Positions 35,874 to 46,778 of a stretch of DNA of 64,000 nucleotides are shown here, in pieces (the stretch's first letter is position 1; the number at the start of each line of letters is the position of its first letter). Under the pieces are notes generated by a model that was given only the letters and a program-made list of their open reading frames with translations, searched no databases and was not told the origin of the DNA. This stretch comes from Candidatus Gottesmanbacteria bacterium. Its GTDB lineage: Bacteria > Patescibacteriota > Microgenomatia > JAMCYU01. The position numbers and the translations under genes are program-made. The stretch spans positions 35,389-99,388 of the forward strand of contig JAZDMI010000028.1 of NCBI GenBank assembly GCA_043801155.1, in the 5' to 3' direction.

Positions 35874-37364
35874 TTATTCTGGCTTATTTAATACCACTGG
35901 TTTAAATCGGGTCATTGCCTCAAGCGTATATTTAACACCCTGAACTCCGACGCCACTGCCTTTAATGCCTAAAAAGGGAAAGTGATCCGGACCTCGTTGC
36001 GGTTTGGAATTAATCTGGACTGTCCCTACATTTATTCTTTGAGCTAATTTTATGGCTGTTCCTTCATCTTTAGTAAAAATACAAGCTTGTAAACCATATA
36101 ATGAGTCATTAATAATTTTTACTGCCTCATTAATATTACTTACGGAAATTAACGAAACTACCGGCCCAAAAGTTTCGATTTTAACAATTTCCCAGTAAGA
36201 TTTAACTCCATCAAGAATTGTTGGTTCGTAATATAAGCCTCGGCGACGGCCACCGCGAACAATTTCTGCTCCGGCAACCTTGGCTTTAATAATACGGTTC
36301 TCAACTATTTCGACAGCGTCTTTACTGATAAGCGGTCCAACCATTTTAGTGGTTTTTTCTCGTGGATCTCCTAGTTTAACCAATTTTTCTAATTCGTCTA
36401 ATAACATTGGTTTAAGTTTATCAAGTACTTCCCTTTGGGCTAAAACATATTTTATGGCCGTACAACGCTGTCCGGAGAAGGAATATGCACCTTTAATAAT
36501 TTCCTTAGCCGTTAAATCTAAATCAGCATCGGGTAAAACTATGGCTGGGTTATTACCTCCACACTCGAAAAGCAAAGGAATCATGCCTGCTTTACGAGCT
36601 ATCTTTTCCCCAACTAAACTTGAACCGGTAAAAGAAATCATTGATACCCGCGGATGAGTAACTAAATAATCGCCAATTTCTGCTCCGGTTCCGGTTACGG
36701 TATTTAATATCCCCGGCGGTAAACCGGCTTTACGGAAAACCTCAACCAAGTGAAGAGCGCTTAAAGAACCATAAGTTGCCGGTTTAAGGACCACGGCGTT
36801 ACCGGTAATTAATGCCGGAGCAATTTTTGAGGCCGATAAATTAACCGGATAATTAAAAGGTGAAATTGATAAAACTACACCAACAGGTACCCGGGAAATA
36901 ACTGCCTGTTTACCTTTTTCGTAACCGGGGAAGGAATCAGAATCTAAAGTTTCACCCTGGAGACTTCTGCCGGCTTCAGCAAAATAATCAATTAAGTCAG
37001 CCGTTCTGATAATTTCGTCTTCTGCTTCGGCAATATTTTTTCCAATTTCCAAAATTAATAGATTAGATAGATATTCTTTATGCTCTTTTAACCAATCAGC
37101 TGCCAGATGAAGAATCCGGGCACGTTTTTCTAGAGGAGTTTTTTGCCAAATCTGTTGGGCCCAAAAAGCTGCTTCCATCGCCTCATCAATTTCCGCCTGG
37201 TTTAGGCTTTGGATCTTGCCAACGATCTCATCAGTGACTGGGGAAAAGATATCAACCGTTTTACCGCTTTTGCTGGTTAACCATTCACCATCACAAAAAT
37301 ATTTATATATCGGGGGTCCGCCAGCTGGCGGATTGGTATAAATCTCTTCAAAAAAATTAGGCAT
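35874..37364 (-). CDS. NAD(P)-dependent aldehyde dehydrogenase (GapN-like non-phosphorylating family is possible)
   Basis: FTGSSLVGEKIA, the catalytic Glu region LFECGGNNP, and catalytic Cys GQRCTA. Confidence 0.85.
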   Translation of the reverse strand: MPNFFEEIYTNPPAGGPPIYKYFCDGEWLTSKSGKTVDIFSPVTDEIVGKIQSLNQAEIDEAMEAAFWAQQIWQKTPLEKRARILHLAADWLKEHKEYLSNLLILEIGKNIAEAEDEIIRTADLIDYFAEAGRSLQGETLDSDSFPGYEKGKQAVISRVPVGVVLSISPFNYPVNLSASKIAPALITGNAVVLKPATYGSLSALHLVEVFRKAGLPPGILNTVTGTGAEIGDYLVTHPRVSMISFTGSSLVGEKIARKAGMIPLLFECGGNNPAIVLPDADLDLTAKEIIKGAYSFSGQRCTAIKYVLAQREVLDKLKPMLLDELEKLVKLGDPREKTTKMVGPLISKDAVEIVENRIIKAKVAGAEIVRGGRRRGLYYEPTILDGVKSYWEIVKIETFGPVVSLISVSNINEAVKIINDSLYGLQACIFTKDEGTAIKLAQRINVGTVQINSKPQRGPDHFPFLGIKGSGVGVQGVKYTLEAMTRFKPVVLNKPE

Positions 37365-37489
37365 TAATTAAATAATACCACAATTATTAAAAAAATATAG
37401 AGTTATTTTTTCTTCTTGTGTTTTGCACATGTTTTGCACATAAAATTTTCCTCCTATAATTTATCATAACACAATTTTGGTATATAATA

Positions 37490-39811
37490 TTGCCAATGAA
37501 AAAGAAAAGAACTAAGAAATCTTTGCTTCGCTCACGAAAGTCCATTAAGTTTCTTACTTGGTGGCATAGTTTATCGACCAGAAAAAAAGACATTATTGGT
37601 TTAGGTCTTATCTTTTCCTTTTTCTTATTTGTCTTTTATGTTTTTATTTTAAAGGATCTTCCCCTACCCACATCATTAGCTAGTCGGGATATTCTCCAAA
37701 CAACGCAAATCTTAGACCGAAACGGCAAATTACTTTTTAATATTTATACTGACCAGGATCGAACTATTGTAAATTTAAGTGAAGTTCCTTTACAACTCCG
37801 ACAGGCAACAATTGCTATTGAGGATAAGGATTTTTACAAACATGGCAGTATTGCTTTTGAAGGGATTATTAGGGCGCTCCGGGAAATTGTTATTCATCGT
37901 CAACTCCAGGGAGGTTCAACCATTACCCAACAATTAGTTAAGTCCGCCCTTTTAACACCGGAACGAACGATTCAGCGAAAAATCAAAGAGGCAATTTTAT
38001 CTTTTTTTGTCGATAAGATTTATACCAAAGACCAAATACTAGAAATGTATTTGAATCAAGTTTCTTATGGTGGAACAGCTTGGGGTGTTGAAGCAGCTTC
38101 AAATAAGTATTTTGGTAAACTAGTTAAGGATTTAAATCTAGCTGAATGTTCGCTCCTGGCTGGTCTACCAGCTGCTCCCACATACTATTCTCCTTATGGG
38201 GCTCACCCGGAATTAGCCAAGCAAAGACAAGCAGAGGTACTGCGCCGAATGGCTGAAGATGGTTACATTTCTTCCTCTGATATTCAACAAGCAAAAAACT
38301 ATAAATTAACTTATAAACCACAGGCCGGAATTAAAGCTCCGCATTTTGTTATGTATGTTAAAGATCAGTTGGTTAAAAAATACGGCGAAAAGTTAGTTGA
38401 ACAAGGAGGTTTAAAGGTAATTACCACCCTTGATTTAGATATCCAAGAATTTGCCCAAAATACGGTCGCTACTGAAGTTGCCAGTTTAAAAGAACTTAAG
38501 GTCGGCAACGGGGCGGCGTTAGTTACCCGCCCGCCAACCGGAGAGATTTTGGCAATGGTAGGCTCTAAAGATTATTTCGGAGCGGAAGCGGAGAAAGTAG
38601 CGTCTAGCGCCAGCGACGCGTCTTTTGATGAAACCTTCCAGGGTAATTTTAATGTCACTATTGCTCATCGTCAACCAGGTTCATCGATCAAACCAATTAA
38701 TTATGCAGTCGGTTTAGCCAGCGGTAAAATTACACCAGCTTCCCTTATTTTAGACATTCCAACTTGTTTTTCTGTTTTGGGCCAATCTCTTTATTGCCCG
38801 CAAAATTATGATGGACAGTTTCATGGAGCGGTACAAATGCGTTTTGCTTTAGGTAATTCCTATAATATCCCGGCGGTTAAAACACTGGCTCTAAACGGTG
38901 TTGATCAAATGATTGCTACCGCGTCGGCTATGGGTATTACAACTTTCAAGGACCCATCACGCTATGGTTTGTCACTCACTTTAGGCGGTGGTGAAGTAAT
39001 GATGACTGATATGGCAACTGCTTTTGGCGTTTTTGCTAATACCGGTATTAAAAAAGACTTAGTATCTATCCTAAAAGTTGAAGATAATCAAAAAAAGGTG
39101 CTTGAAGAATATCAAAATCCAAATTGGCAAAAGGACCTTAAAGATCTCTCCTACCCTTCGGTTTTACAAATTGACGGGCCAAGAGTATTATCAACTGAAG
39201 TCAGTTTTCTAATTTCTCATATACTCCTTGACCAAAATGCCAGATCGGCAGCCTTTGGACAAAGTTATTTACCTATTTCCGGTAAAGCTGTTTCTGTTAA
39301 AACAGGTACCACTGATGATAAGCGTGATAACTGGACGATTGGTTTTACTCCCAATTTCTTAGTCGCTACCTGGGTTGGCAATAACAATAACCAACCGATG
39401 AATCAATGGTTAACCTCGGGCGTTACCGGTGCAGCTCCCATGTGGAATAAGATTATGACCTATATTTTGAAAAATGAACCTGATTTATGGCCCAAAAAAC
39501 CTGAAGGCGTCGTCGGAGCGACTATTTGTTCTCTATCCGGTAAATTGCCTGGTGATTCAAATTGTCCTACCCGTTTTGAATATTTTATCAATGGAACTGT
39601 ACCGCAAGAAACAGAAAATTTAAAAAGACAAATTTTAGTAGAAAAAGGTACTGACCGGCAGGCAATTTTTATGCAAAACCCTACCCAACCGCCGATGCCA
39701 ACTGATAATTTTGAAATGAAAGAAAAACAGGTACTCTCTGACTGGTTTACTCCAGAATATTGTCTCGATTGTCCCCACGGCGGCGACAGACCAGTGATTG
39801 TCAAACCATAA
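37490..39811 (+). CDS. penicillin-binding protein 1A (bifunctional transglycosylase and transpeptidase)
   Basis: GT51 motifs EDKDFYKHGS and QGGSTITQQLVKS, and the transpeptidase SSIKP (SxxK) and KTGTT motifs. Confidence 0.9.
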   Translation: MPMKKKRTKKSLLRSRKSIKFLTWWHSLSTRKKDIIGLGLIFSFFLFVFYVFILKDLPLPTSLASRDILQTTQILDRNGKLLFNIYTDQDRTIVNLSEVPLQLRQATIAIEDKDFYKHGSIAFEGIIRALREIVIHRQLQGGSTITQQLVKSALLTPERTIQRKIKEAILSFFVDKIYTKDQILEMYLNQVSYGGTAWGVEAASNKYFGKLVKDLNLAECSLLAGLPAAPTYYSPYGAHPELAKQRQAEVLRRMAEDGYISSSDIQQAKNYKLTYKPQAGIKAPHFVMYVKDQLVKKYGEKLVEQGGLKVITTLDLDIQEFAQNTVATEVASLKELKVGNGAALVTRPPTGEILAMVGSKDYFGAEAEKVASSASDASFDETFQGNFNVTIAHRQPGSSIKPINYAVGLASGKITPASLILDIPTCFSVLGQSLYCPQNYDGQFHGAVQMRFALGNSYNIPAVKTLALNGVDQMIATASAMGITTFKDPSRYGLSLTLGGGEVMMTDMATAFGVFANTGIKKDLVSILKVEDNQKKVLEEYQNPNWQKDLKDLSYPSVLQIDGPRVLSTEVSFLISHILLDQNARSAAFGQSYLPISGKAVSVKTGTTDDKRDNWTIGFTPNFLVATWVGNNNNQPMNQWLTSGVTGAAPMWNKIMTYILKNEPDLWPKKPEGVVGATICSLSGKLPGDSNCPTRFEYFINGTVPQETENLKRQILVEKGTDRQAIFMQNPTQPPMPTDNFEMKEKQVLSDWFTPEYCLDCPHGGDRPVIVKP

Positions 39812-39887
39812 AAAATTATTTTTCTTCACCCTGAGTTTACCGAAGGGTCTTCACAAAGCCAAAAACTTGTGCTAATATGCTTGCGTC

Positions 39888-42212
39888 ATGCCCAGAAAGA
39901 CGAAAATGAAGCGTCAATTACAAGATAAACCTCTTGATTTAATACTCGATAGCATCTTTATTCCTCTTATTTTTATTGCCGTTATCTTAATCAAAATTGG
40001 CAATATCCCGAGATTAATTTTAAGAATTTTGTTTCAATTTTTATTATGGTTTGGCAACTTAAATTTAAAAATATTTACCAAAATAGCTGCCTCGGTAGTT
40101 TATCTATTTCATCATCTTAAAATAAAACAGCCCCATATAAAATTGCCTTCTTTACCAAAGATTAAATTACCAAAATATACAATTCAAAAACCAACTTTAC
40201 CATCAATTATTATCCCCCCATTACCGTCTGTTTATCTTCCCGAAATCCCCTTCCCGACATTATCTCTTAAGATACGCTGGTTTATTATTGGTGTTTTTTT
40301 TACGTTAATTTTTATTTTTTTACCTTTCCAAATTTGGTCTTGGTTATCGCAACTACCCAATCCCCAGTTGTTAACTAATAGAGAGATTCCGCTTACCAGT
40401 AAAATTTTTGACCGTCATGGTACCCTACTTTATGAAATTTATACTGACCAAAATCGTACACCGGTTACTCTCGCTAATATTCCTCAAGATTTAATCAAGG
40501 CAACCATTGCCATTGAAGATAAGCAATTTTATAATCACCCGGGATTTTCTTTACGGGGTATTCTGCGGGCCGCTAAAGAAACTATTGTTAATAAAAGACT
40601 TCAGGGTGGATCAACTATTACCCAACAACTTGTAAGAAGTGCCCTCTTAACTCCTCAACCAACCTTAGAAAGAAAAATCAAAGAAATACTTTTGTCATTT
40701 TGGGCAGAAAGACTTTTTACTAAAGAGCAAATTCTCGAAATGTATTTTAATCAAGTTCCTTACGGTGGCACCAGCTGGGGAATTGAGGCCACTACAGAAA
40801 CATATTTTGGTAAATCGGTTAAGAATCTTTCCTTAGCCGAAGCGTCATTTTTGGCAGCACTACCGGCTTCTCCCAGTGTTTATTCTCCCTTTGGCACTCA
40901 TCCGGAACAGGGTTTGGCTCGGCAAAAAGAGGTTTTAAGGCTTATGCGGGAGCAAGGCTATATATCCAATGAGCAGGAAATTATGGCTCTAAACCAAAAA
41001 CTGGTTTTTCTCCCAGCTAAAACTAATATTAAGGCGCCGCATTTTGTTATGTATATCAAGGATCTATTGGAGAAAAAATATGGGACGCGAAAAGTCGCCC
41101 AGGGAGGTTTACAGGTTATTACCAGTTTAGACCTTTCAATCCAGGAAATGGCTCAAAAGATTGTTACTGATGAAATTACTAATTTGTCTTCGCTTAATGT
41201 TGGCGACGGAGCTGCCTTAATAACCGATCCAAAGTCCGGCCAAATTTTGGCTATGGTCGGCTCCAAAGATTATTTTGATCTTGATGCTGGCGGTAATGTT
41301 AATATAACTTTATCTCTTCAACAACCTGGTTCATCGATTAAGGTCGTTAACTATACCTTGGCCTTAGAAAAAGGCCTGACAGCAGCTAGTATATTAGATG
41401 ATTCACCAATAGCCTTTCAGGTGGCCAGCCAGCCAAATTATATCCCGGTTAATTATGACGGTAAATTCCATGGAAAAGTTACTTTACGGCAAGCATTGGC
41501 TAGTTCTTTTAATATTCCTGCCGTTAAAGTTTTGGCTAGTTTAGGGGTAGAAAATATGATTAATCAAGGACGGTTAATGGGCATTACTACCTGGCGGGAC
41601 ATTGACCGTTATGGTTTATCTTTAACCTTAGGCGGTGGTGATGTAACCATGCTGGATATGGCCAAGGTTTACGGAGTATTAGCTGATCAAGGAAAGAGAC
41701 AAGATATAACACCCATTTTAAAAATTACCGATTATAAAAATCAAATCTTAGAACAAGCATCACCCCAGGATGAGAATGCAGTCGTTAACCCGGGGGTGGC
41801 TTTTATCTTAGCTAATATCTTAAGCGATGATAACGCCAGGAGTGCTGCTTTTGGAACAAATTCACTCCTTAACATTCCCGGAAAATCCGTATCCGTTAAA
41901 ACCGGAACTAGTAATGACCTCCGTGATAATTGGGCGATTGGTTTTACACCATCATATGTGGTAACTACGTGGGTTGGTAATATCGATAACAGTCCGATGG
42001 GAAGGATTGCTTCGGGAATAACTGGAGCCACTCCAATCTGGCACAATATTATGGTTAATTTGCTAAAAGATAAGCCGAATGAACCAATATTGCCCCCAGA
42101 AAATGTTGTCAGAATTGATGCTTGTGGCCGAAGCGAATATTTCTTAAAAGGAACAGAAAAAAATATTAGTTGTGCACCACCACCTACTCCATCCCCCAGC
42201 CCGGTTCAATAA
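39888..42212 (+). CDS. penicillin-binding protein 1A paralog with an extended Pro-rich N-terminus
   Basis: EDKQFYNHPG, QGGSTITQQLVRS, SSIKV and KTGTS motifs. It lies in tandem with the preceding PBP1A gene. Confidence 0.9.
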   Translation: MPRKTKMKRQLQDKPLDLILDSIFIPLIFIAVILIKIGNIPRLILRILFQFLLWFGNLNLKIFTKIAASVVYLFHHLKIKQPHIKLPSLPKIKLPKYTIQKPTLPSIIIPPLPSVYLPEIPFPTLSLKIRWFIIGVFFTLIFIFLPFQIWSWLSQLPNPQLLTNREIPLTSKIFDRHGTLLYEIYTDQNRTPVTLANIPQDLIKATIAIEDKQFYNHPGFSLRGILRAAKETIVNKRLQGGSTITQQLVRSALLTPQPTLERKIKEILLSFWAERLFTKEQILEMYFNQVPYGGTSWGIEATTETYFGKSVKNLSLAEASFLAALPASPSVYSPFGTHPEQGLARQKEVLRLMREQGYISNEQEIMALNQKLVFLPAKTNIKAPHFVMYIKDLLEKKYGTRKVAQGGLQVITSLDLSIQEMAQKIVTDEITNLSSLNVGDGAALITDPKSGQILAMVGSKDYFDLDAGGNVNITLSLQQPGSSIKVVNYTLALEKGLTAASILDDSPIAFQVASQPNYIPVNYDGKFHGKVTLRQALASSFNIPAVKVLASLGVENMINQGRLMGITTWRDIDRYGLSLTLGGGDVTMLDMAKVYGVLADQGKRQDITPILKITDYKNQILEQASPQDENAVVNPGVAFILANILSDDNARSAAFGTNSLLNIPGKSVSVKTGTSNDLRDNWAIGFTPSYVVTTWVGNIDNSPMGRIASGITGATPIWHNIMVNLLKDKPNEPILPPENVVRIDACGRSEYFLKGTEKNISCAPPPTPSPSPVQ

Positions 42213-42224
42213 ATTTCCGCTATA

Positions 42225-42713
42225 TTATGTATACCGATCGGCGACTTTTGATGCGCAATAAGAATCTGGTTTTATTTGAACTTTGAACCCTGAACCTCTG
42301 ATCATGCCGACAATTTCGTTGATCATTTCTTTCGTCGGACCATATTCACCAATATCAACATGGATTTCAACATCAAAACGACTGATACCATCATTACGGG
42401 TAGCTTCTAGAAATTCATCCGCCAATGCCAGGGATAGCGTTGCTTCTTGATATATACGTTGCCGCAGGACGTAAGTCTTGTTTTCAATTTTCCTTTGCCA
42501 AAAGTAAATTCCCCCCCGTCCGATTCGATGGACAACAATTGCCGAGACAAAATCTGTCTGGCCGGTGTTTTTTCCTTGAGAATCTGAACCAATCACCAGT
42601 TGATATTTTTGTTCTGGTTCTCCCGCCATAAACTCAAGAATTCTCCTTCTGACACCTTCAAGATCCAAAACACCACAGGTTGGACTATTAAAAAACTTAC
42701 CATCTTTGCTCAT
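42225..42713 (-). CDS. hypothetical protein, possibly YkuK/DUF458 (RNase-H-like) family
   Basis: LVIGSDSQ...SAIVVHRIGRGGIYF pattern. Confidence 0.35.
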   Translation of the reverse strand: MSKDGKFFNSPTCGVLDLEGVRRRILEFMAGEPEQKYQLVIGSDSQGKNTGQTDFVSAIVVHRIGRGGIYFWQRKIENKTYVLRQRIYQEATLSLALADEFLEATRNDGISRFDVEIHVDIGEYGPTKEMINEIVGMIRGSGFKVQIKPDSYCASKVADRYT

Positions 42714-42778
42714 AAAAAACTTCTCTTCGAAGGTGGCGCTATTTTATCATTTTTGAGGCTAAAAAAAAAGCTTTACAA

Positions 42779-42808
42779 AATCTTCCGTCAATTGACGGAA
42801 GATTTTTT
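42779..42808. terminator. bidirectional rho-independent terminator
   Basis: CTTCCGTCAATTGACGGAAG perfect hairpin, flanked by A-run and T-run (aaaaTCTTCCGTCAATTGACGGAAGAtttttt). Confidence 0.55.
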
Positions 42809-42838
42809 CATAACAAATTGAGTATTAAAATGTTAATA

Positions 42839-43000
42839 TCAGACGCTCATGACTTTTTCTTGTGCTTCCCAATCAGTAATATCCATCTGATGCATATCCT
42901 TTACATGTTTTTTAATCATGTCTTTAACTTCATCTTCATTGTGACTTCTAACCATAAAGCCATCATTACACATTGCTTGTTTTAGACCATCTTTCATCAT
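42839..43000 (-). CDS. small protein (53 aa), DUF1059-like predicted metal-binding protein
   Basis: Own translation MMKDGLKQAMCNDGFMVRSHNEDEVKDMIKKHVKDMHQMDITDWEAQEKVMSV. Strong Shine-Dalgarno AAGGAGGTGAATAAT. Below the size cut-off of the ORF track. Confidence 0.5.
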   Translation of the reverse strand: MMKDGLKQAMCNDGFMVRSHNEDEVKDMIKKHVKDMHQMDITDWEAQEKVMSV

Positions 43001-43039
43001 ATATTATTCACCTCCTTTTTATTCAGAGAAAAGCTCTGC

Positions 43040-43456
43040 TTATTTAACAATGATTTCTCCTGTTTGGCTTGGCTGTAAGTGGTTGTGATAACCATAAGTT
43101 CCTGGCTTATCAAAAATTAAAGTGACGGAATTCCCATCCTCGACAATCCCCAGATTTAATGGTGGATATAATAAATGGGTTGGGTGATTATTGGAATTAA
43201 TCGATATGGCCTGACCACTAGTATTACTCCAGGTCACCTTACTTCCACTTTTAATATTTACCGTCCCCGGACTAAAGCCATCAGCAGTAGCTTTGACTAT
43301 CACCTGACTGGCGTTATTACTGGTTAGAGAAGAACCGAACGGATTAATTCGCTGGTTGTTTGCTTGGATATATCCAGATTGTTTACCTAAAATATACCAC
43401 ATAGCTAAACCAACAATGATTATGGCGAATATACCTATAATAACTTTGGTATTCAT
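43040..43456 (-). CDS. membrane-anchored cupredoxin-fold protein (the Cys ligand appears to be missing)
   Basis: N-terminal transmembrane segment, then the beta-sandwich segment GSKVTWSN..DKPGTYGYHNHLQPSQTGEI, which resembles the plastocyanin-like CxxHxxxM region but has HNH and no Cys. Confidence 0.45.
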   Translation of the reverse strand: MNTKVIIGIFAIIIVGLAMWYILGKQSGYIQANNQRINPFGSSLTSNNASQVIVKATADGFSPGTVNIKSGSKVTWSNTSGQAISINSNNHPTHLLYPPLNLGIVEDGNSVTLIFDKPGTYGYHNHLQPSQTGEIIVK

Positions 43457-43555
43457 ATTTTAAATCTCCTTTCTAAAAGATTTAATGATTTGTATTTTTT
43501 CATAGTCTTACAATATAATAAATGTGATAATGATGCTGTAATATAGATTACATAT

Positions 43556-44239
43556 ATGGATAACACGCTCAATGACAAATTAGAGAATTTTTTTTCCCAA
43601 TTTAAACAAGTTACTTTTAGCAAAGGTGAAATAATTATCCGTCCCGACAATACGCCTCAAGGCGTATATTTTATTAAGGAAGGTTATGCCCGGATGTATT
43701 CAACTTTTGCCGACGGCCGGGAATTAACTTTGAATATATTTAAACCGAGGACCTACTTTTCCATGATGTGGGCCTTGGCTGACATTGCCAATACTTATTA
43801 TTTCCAGGCCCATACGCGAGTTATCGTGCAAAAAGCACCCCAAGGTCAGGTTAAAGAATTTTTACAGGCTAATCCTGATATTCTTTTTAATCTGACTAAA
43901 CGGATTCTGGTTGGTCTTGATGGAATTTTAACCAATATTGAATATCTGCTGTCCGGCCAGGCCGCTCATCGGGTAATGGCGGCTTTGTTTCTCTCGGCTA
44001 AACGTTTTGGCCAGCCAAAAGAAAATAACGAAGTCATTATTAATTTGCCACTAACCCATCAGGATATTGCCAATTTGGCCGGACTGACCCGGGAAACAAC
44101 CAGTATTGAAATGGGTAAGTTAACCAAGAAAAAACTTATTTCTTATAACAAGCGATTAATAATTATTAATGATATTGCCAAACTAGAAGCGGAAATCATT
44201 ATTTATAAGAATGACCATTCCCTTCCCTATACTCTTTAA
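43556..44239 (+). CDS. Crp/Fnr-family transcriptional regulator
   Basis: cNMP-binding beta-barrel FSKGEIIIRPDNTPQGVYFIKEGYARMY and a C-terminal helix-turn-helix THQDIANLAGLTRETTSIEMGKL. Confidence 0.8.
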   Translation: MDNTLNDKLENFFSQFKQVTFSKGEIIIRPDNTPQGVYFIKEGYARMYSTFADGRELTLNIFKPRTYFSMMWALADIANTYYFQAHTRVIVQKAPQGQVKEFLQANPDILFNLTKRILVGLDGILTNIEYLLSGQAAHRVMAALFLSAKRFGQPKENNEVIINLPLTHQDIANLAGLTRETTSIEMGKLTKKKLISYNKRLIIINDIAKLEAEIIIYKNDHSLPYTL

Positions 44240-44241
44240 TT

Positions 44242-45027
44242 ATGAACTTTTTACAAGCCGCCATTTTAGGCATAGTCGAGGGTTTAACCGAATATTTACC
44301 GATTTCTTCAACCTTTCATTTAATTTGGACTGCTAAACTTCTAAGGATAACGCAAACAGATTTTCAAAAAACCTTTGAAATCATCATCCAATCTGGAGCG
44401 ATAATGGCTGTTTTAGTTCTCTATCTAAAAACCATACTTCGGGATTTTAATTTAATTAAAAAGCTAGTTGTGTCGTTTTTCCCGACCGCCATTATTGGTC
44501 TAATCTTATATAAAGTTATTAAAAACGTCTTTTTTGAGAGTTTTTTTGTTCAGATTGCTATTTTTGCTTTAGTCGGGCTTTTATTTATTGTCCTAGAAAA
44601 AATCTGGGCTAAAAAACAATTTTTTAGATTAGCCAATCAAATAAGTTATCCCGAGGCTCTGATGATAGGATTAGCTCAAGCCTTGGCTGTTTTTCCCGGG
44701 GTTTCTCGAGCCGGAGCGGTTATTTTAAGTTTAATGTTTTTGGGTGTTAAAAGGGATGAAGCGGCTAAATACTCATTCTTATTGGCTGTTCCCACCCTGC
44801 TTTCTGCTTCTGCCCTGGATTTAGTTAAATCCAGATCAATTCTTCTGCAACAAGCAAACAACATTCCTTTATTATTGGTTGGATTTATGGCGTCATTTGT
44901 GAGTGCTTTAATCGTGGTTAGGTGGTTTATTAATTATCTGCAAAACAATAAGCTATCTTCTTTTGGATGGTATCGACTTATAGTGGTCACCATTCTTATT
45001 GGCCTTTTGATAAGTAACTTAATATAG
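44242..45027 (+). CDS. uppP: undecaprenyl-diphosphatase
   Basis: MNFLQAAILGIVEGLTEYLPISSTFHL and SRAGAV motifs of the BacA/UppP family. Confidence 0.9.
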   Translation: MNFLQAAILGIVEGLTEYLPISSTFHLIWTAKLLRITQTDFQKTFEIIIQSGAIMAVLVLYLKTILRDFNLIKKLVVSFFPTAIIGLILYKVIKNVFFESFFVQIAIFALVGLLFIVLEKIWAKKQFFRLANQISYPEALMIGLAQALAVFPGVSRAGAVILSLMFLGVKRDEAAKYSFLLAVPTLLSASALDLVKSRSILLQQANNIPLLLVGFMASFVSALIVVRWFINYLQNNKLSSFGWYRLIVVTILIGLLISNLI

Positions 45028-45066
45028 AAATAAATTTCGTTCATTTCTATTGAGAACTTGGATATC

Positions 45067-45840
45067 TTAAACATTAGCTTGCTTGGTCGCTTTGATCACT
45101 AATCTAGTATGAGGATATTGCATGTATCTTGCATATTCTGACGGATCGATATCTTTTGCCTCCGGCGGTAAATTTAATTCCTCAAGCGCCTCCAGCTTAA
45201 AACCAGTATTTTCTACTGCTTTGGTAAAATCTTCCAGCCTGCGGTAATAATTTGGGCCATCTCCACCCCAAGGAAAATGGACAGTAAAGACGCCAGGTTC
45301 TTTTAACCCGCTGGTTGCCTGCATTTTGTCCGGATGAGTAGTGATAAAGAAAAAAGTGCCTCCCGGTTTTAACCATTTATAAGTATTCTCCATCGCTTTG
45401 GTTAATTGCTCGGGATCCAGGAATTCTAAAACCATATTAGAAATTGCTAAATCGAATTTTTCTTGGGGTAACTTTACTTGAGTGATATCTCCGGTGATAA
45501 AAGTAGCTTCGGGAATATTTTTTCTGGCAATTTCGGCTTGATCCGGGCTTATTTCCACGCCGGTAAAACTTTTTGCCGGTATTCCTTTACTCATCAAAAA
45601 TTGTTCAACTCGGCCGCTGGCACATCCTAAATCTAATATTTTCAGTTCCTTTTGATGATAAAATTCTGTTAAGTGGCGGTCATAAGCTGGAATACCTAAG
45701 GTTACCCACCAAACTAATTGGGGGGCTTGATCAGCAAATGGTTTGGCCTCGCGGTCATAAAGCTTACCCATGTCACCCAATTGTTTATCATTGGCGTTTT
45801 CTGTCATTGTCATATCTGCTCCTTTGCTCTTTTTAATCAT
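45067..45840 (-). CDS. class I SAM-dependent methyltransferase
   Basis: ILDLGCASGRV motif I and a DxxxxN...VLEF motif region. Confidence 0.8.
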   Translation of the reverse strand: MIKKSKGADMTMTENANDKQLGDMGKLYDREAKPFADQAPQLVWWVTLGIPAYDRHLTEFYHQKELKILDLGCASGRVEQFLMSKGIPAKSFTGVEISPDQAEIARKNIPEATFITGDITQVKLPQEKFDLAISNMVLEFLDPEQLTKAMENTYKWLKPGGTFFFITTHPDKMQATSGLKEPGVFTVHFPWGGDGPNYYRRLEDFTKAVENTGFKLEALEELNLPPEAKDIDPSEYARYMQYPHTRLVIKATKQANV

Positions 45841-45965
45841 TTTCGTGATGGTAATGTTATCTTACAAATCAACTGGTGTCAATTAATTAGTTTTAACTAT
45901 AAAAAGGCTCAAGAAGTGGGATGGTTTTGACTAATTCGCCAGCTACTGTATAATTTCGATAGATT

Positions 45966-46712
45966 ATGAGTGAACTAAATCCTGAATACGAAGATCAATT
46001 AATAGAAAATAAGCGACTTGCCAGTTGGGAACGTGAACAAATGATGGAGAATTATTTACCATATAATTTCTACGGAAGAAGTTATGGAGATTATGAAAAC
46101 TCAATTGGACTCTCTACAGGCCTAATCGGTACATTTATTGATGGCTTACCTTCAGAAAGGAGATTCGCTTTAGACGTAGGAGCAGATACAAGTGCATTAA
46201 GAAAAGTAAATATTGCCGGAGTTGCTATAGGATTATTTGACCCTCGAAGTTATCAAAGAAGAAATCTTGTAGATGATGATCTAAAAGCAAATCGACATAT
46301 GATTGTAGCTGATGTTTTAAGTTCTTTAACCTGGATAGAACTTGAATCCAAGATGCAAAAGTTTGGATTTGCCGAAGGATTCCCTCTGGTTACCATGGTA
46401 CCCGAATGTGGTTTGCGTCAGCTGACTCAAAATCCCCGTATCCATTTTGACCTTCTGAACAGACTTTGGTCAGTACTAAATCCATTACAAGGTCTAATGG
46501 TTGTTGAACTGGAAGAAAAAGCAGTCCTATCACCATCAGACAATTCAAATTTATTTAAACTACCAATTTTTGAGATAATAAAACAAAATAAGTGGAATAG
46601 CGTACTAAAAGAACATGGTATAGATGGACAACTGGTCAAGGGTGGTTTTATTTTAGAACGCTCACGTCAATCTCCTGACACTCTTCCCAGCATCCCAAAT
46701 TTGACAAGATAG
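45966..46712 (+). CDS. hypothetical protein (248 aa)
   Basis: ORF only. Confidence 0.45.
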   Translation: MSELNPEYEDQLIENKRLASWEREQMMENYLPYNFYGRSYGDYENSIGLSTGLIGTFIDGLPSERRFALDVGADTSALRKVNIAGVAIGLFDPRSYQRRNLVDDDLKANRHMIVADVLSSLTWIELESKMQKFGFAEGFPLVTMVPECGLRQLTQNPRIHFDLLNRLWSVLNPLQGLMVVELEEKAVLSPSDNSNLFKLPIFEIIKQNKWNSVLKEHGIDGQLVKGGFILERSRQSPDTLPSIPNLTR

Positions 46713-46778
46713 TCTATTTTTTTGTAAGTAAAAGGGGTTCAATTGTTGCTCCCCCTCTTGGACCGACGTCAGAATCTA

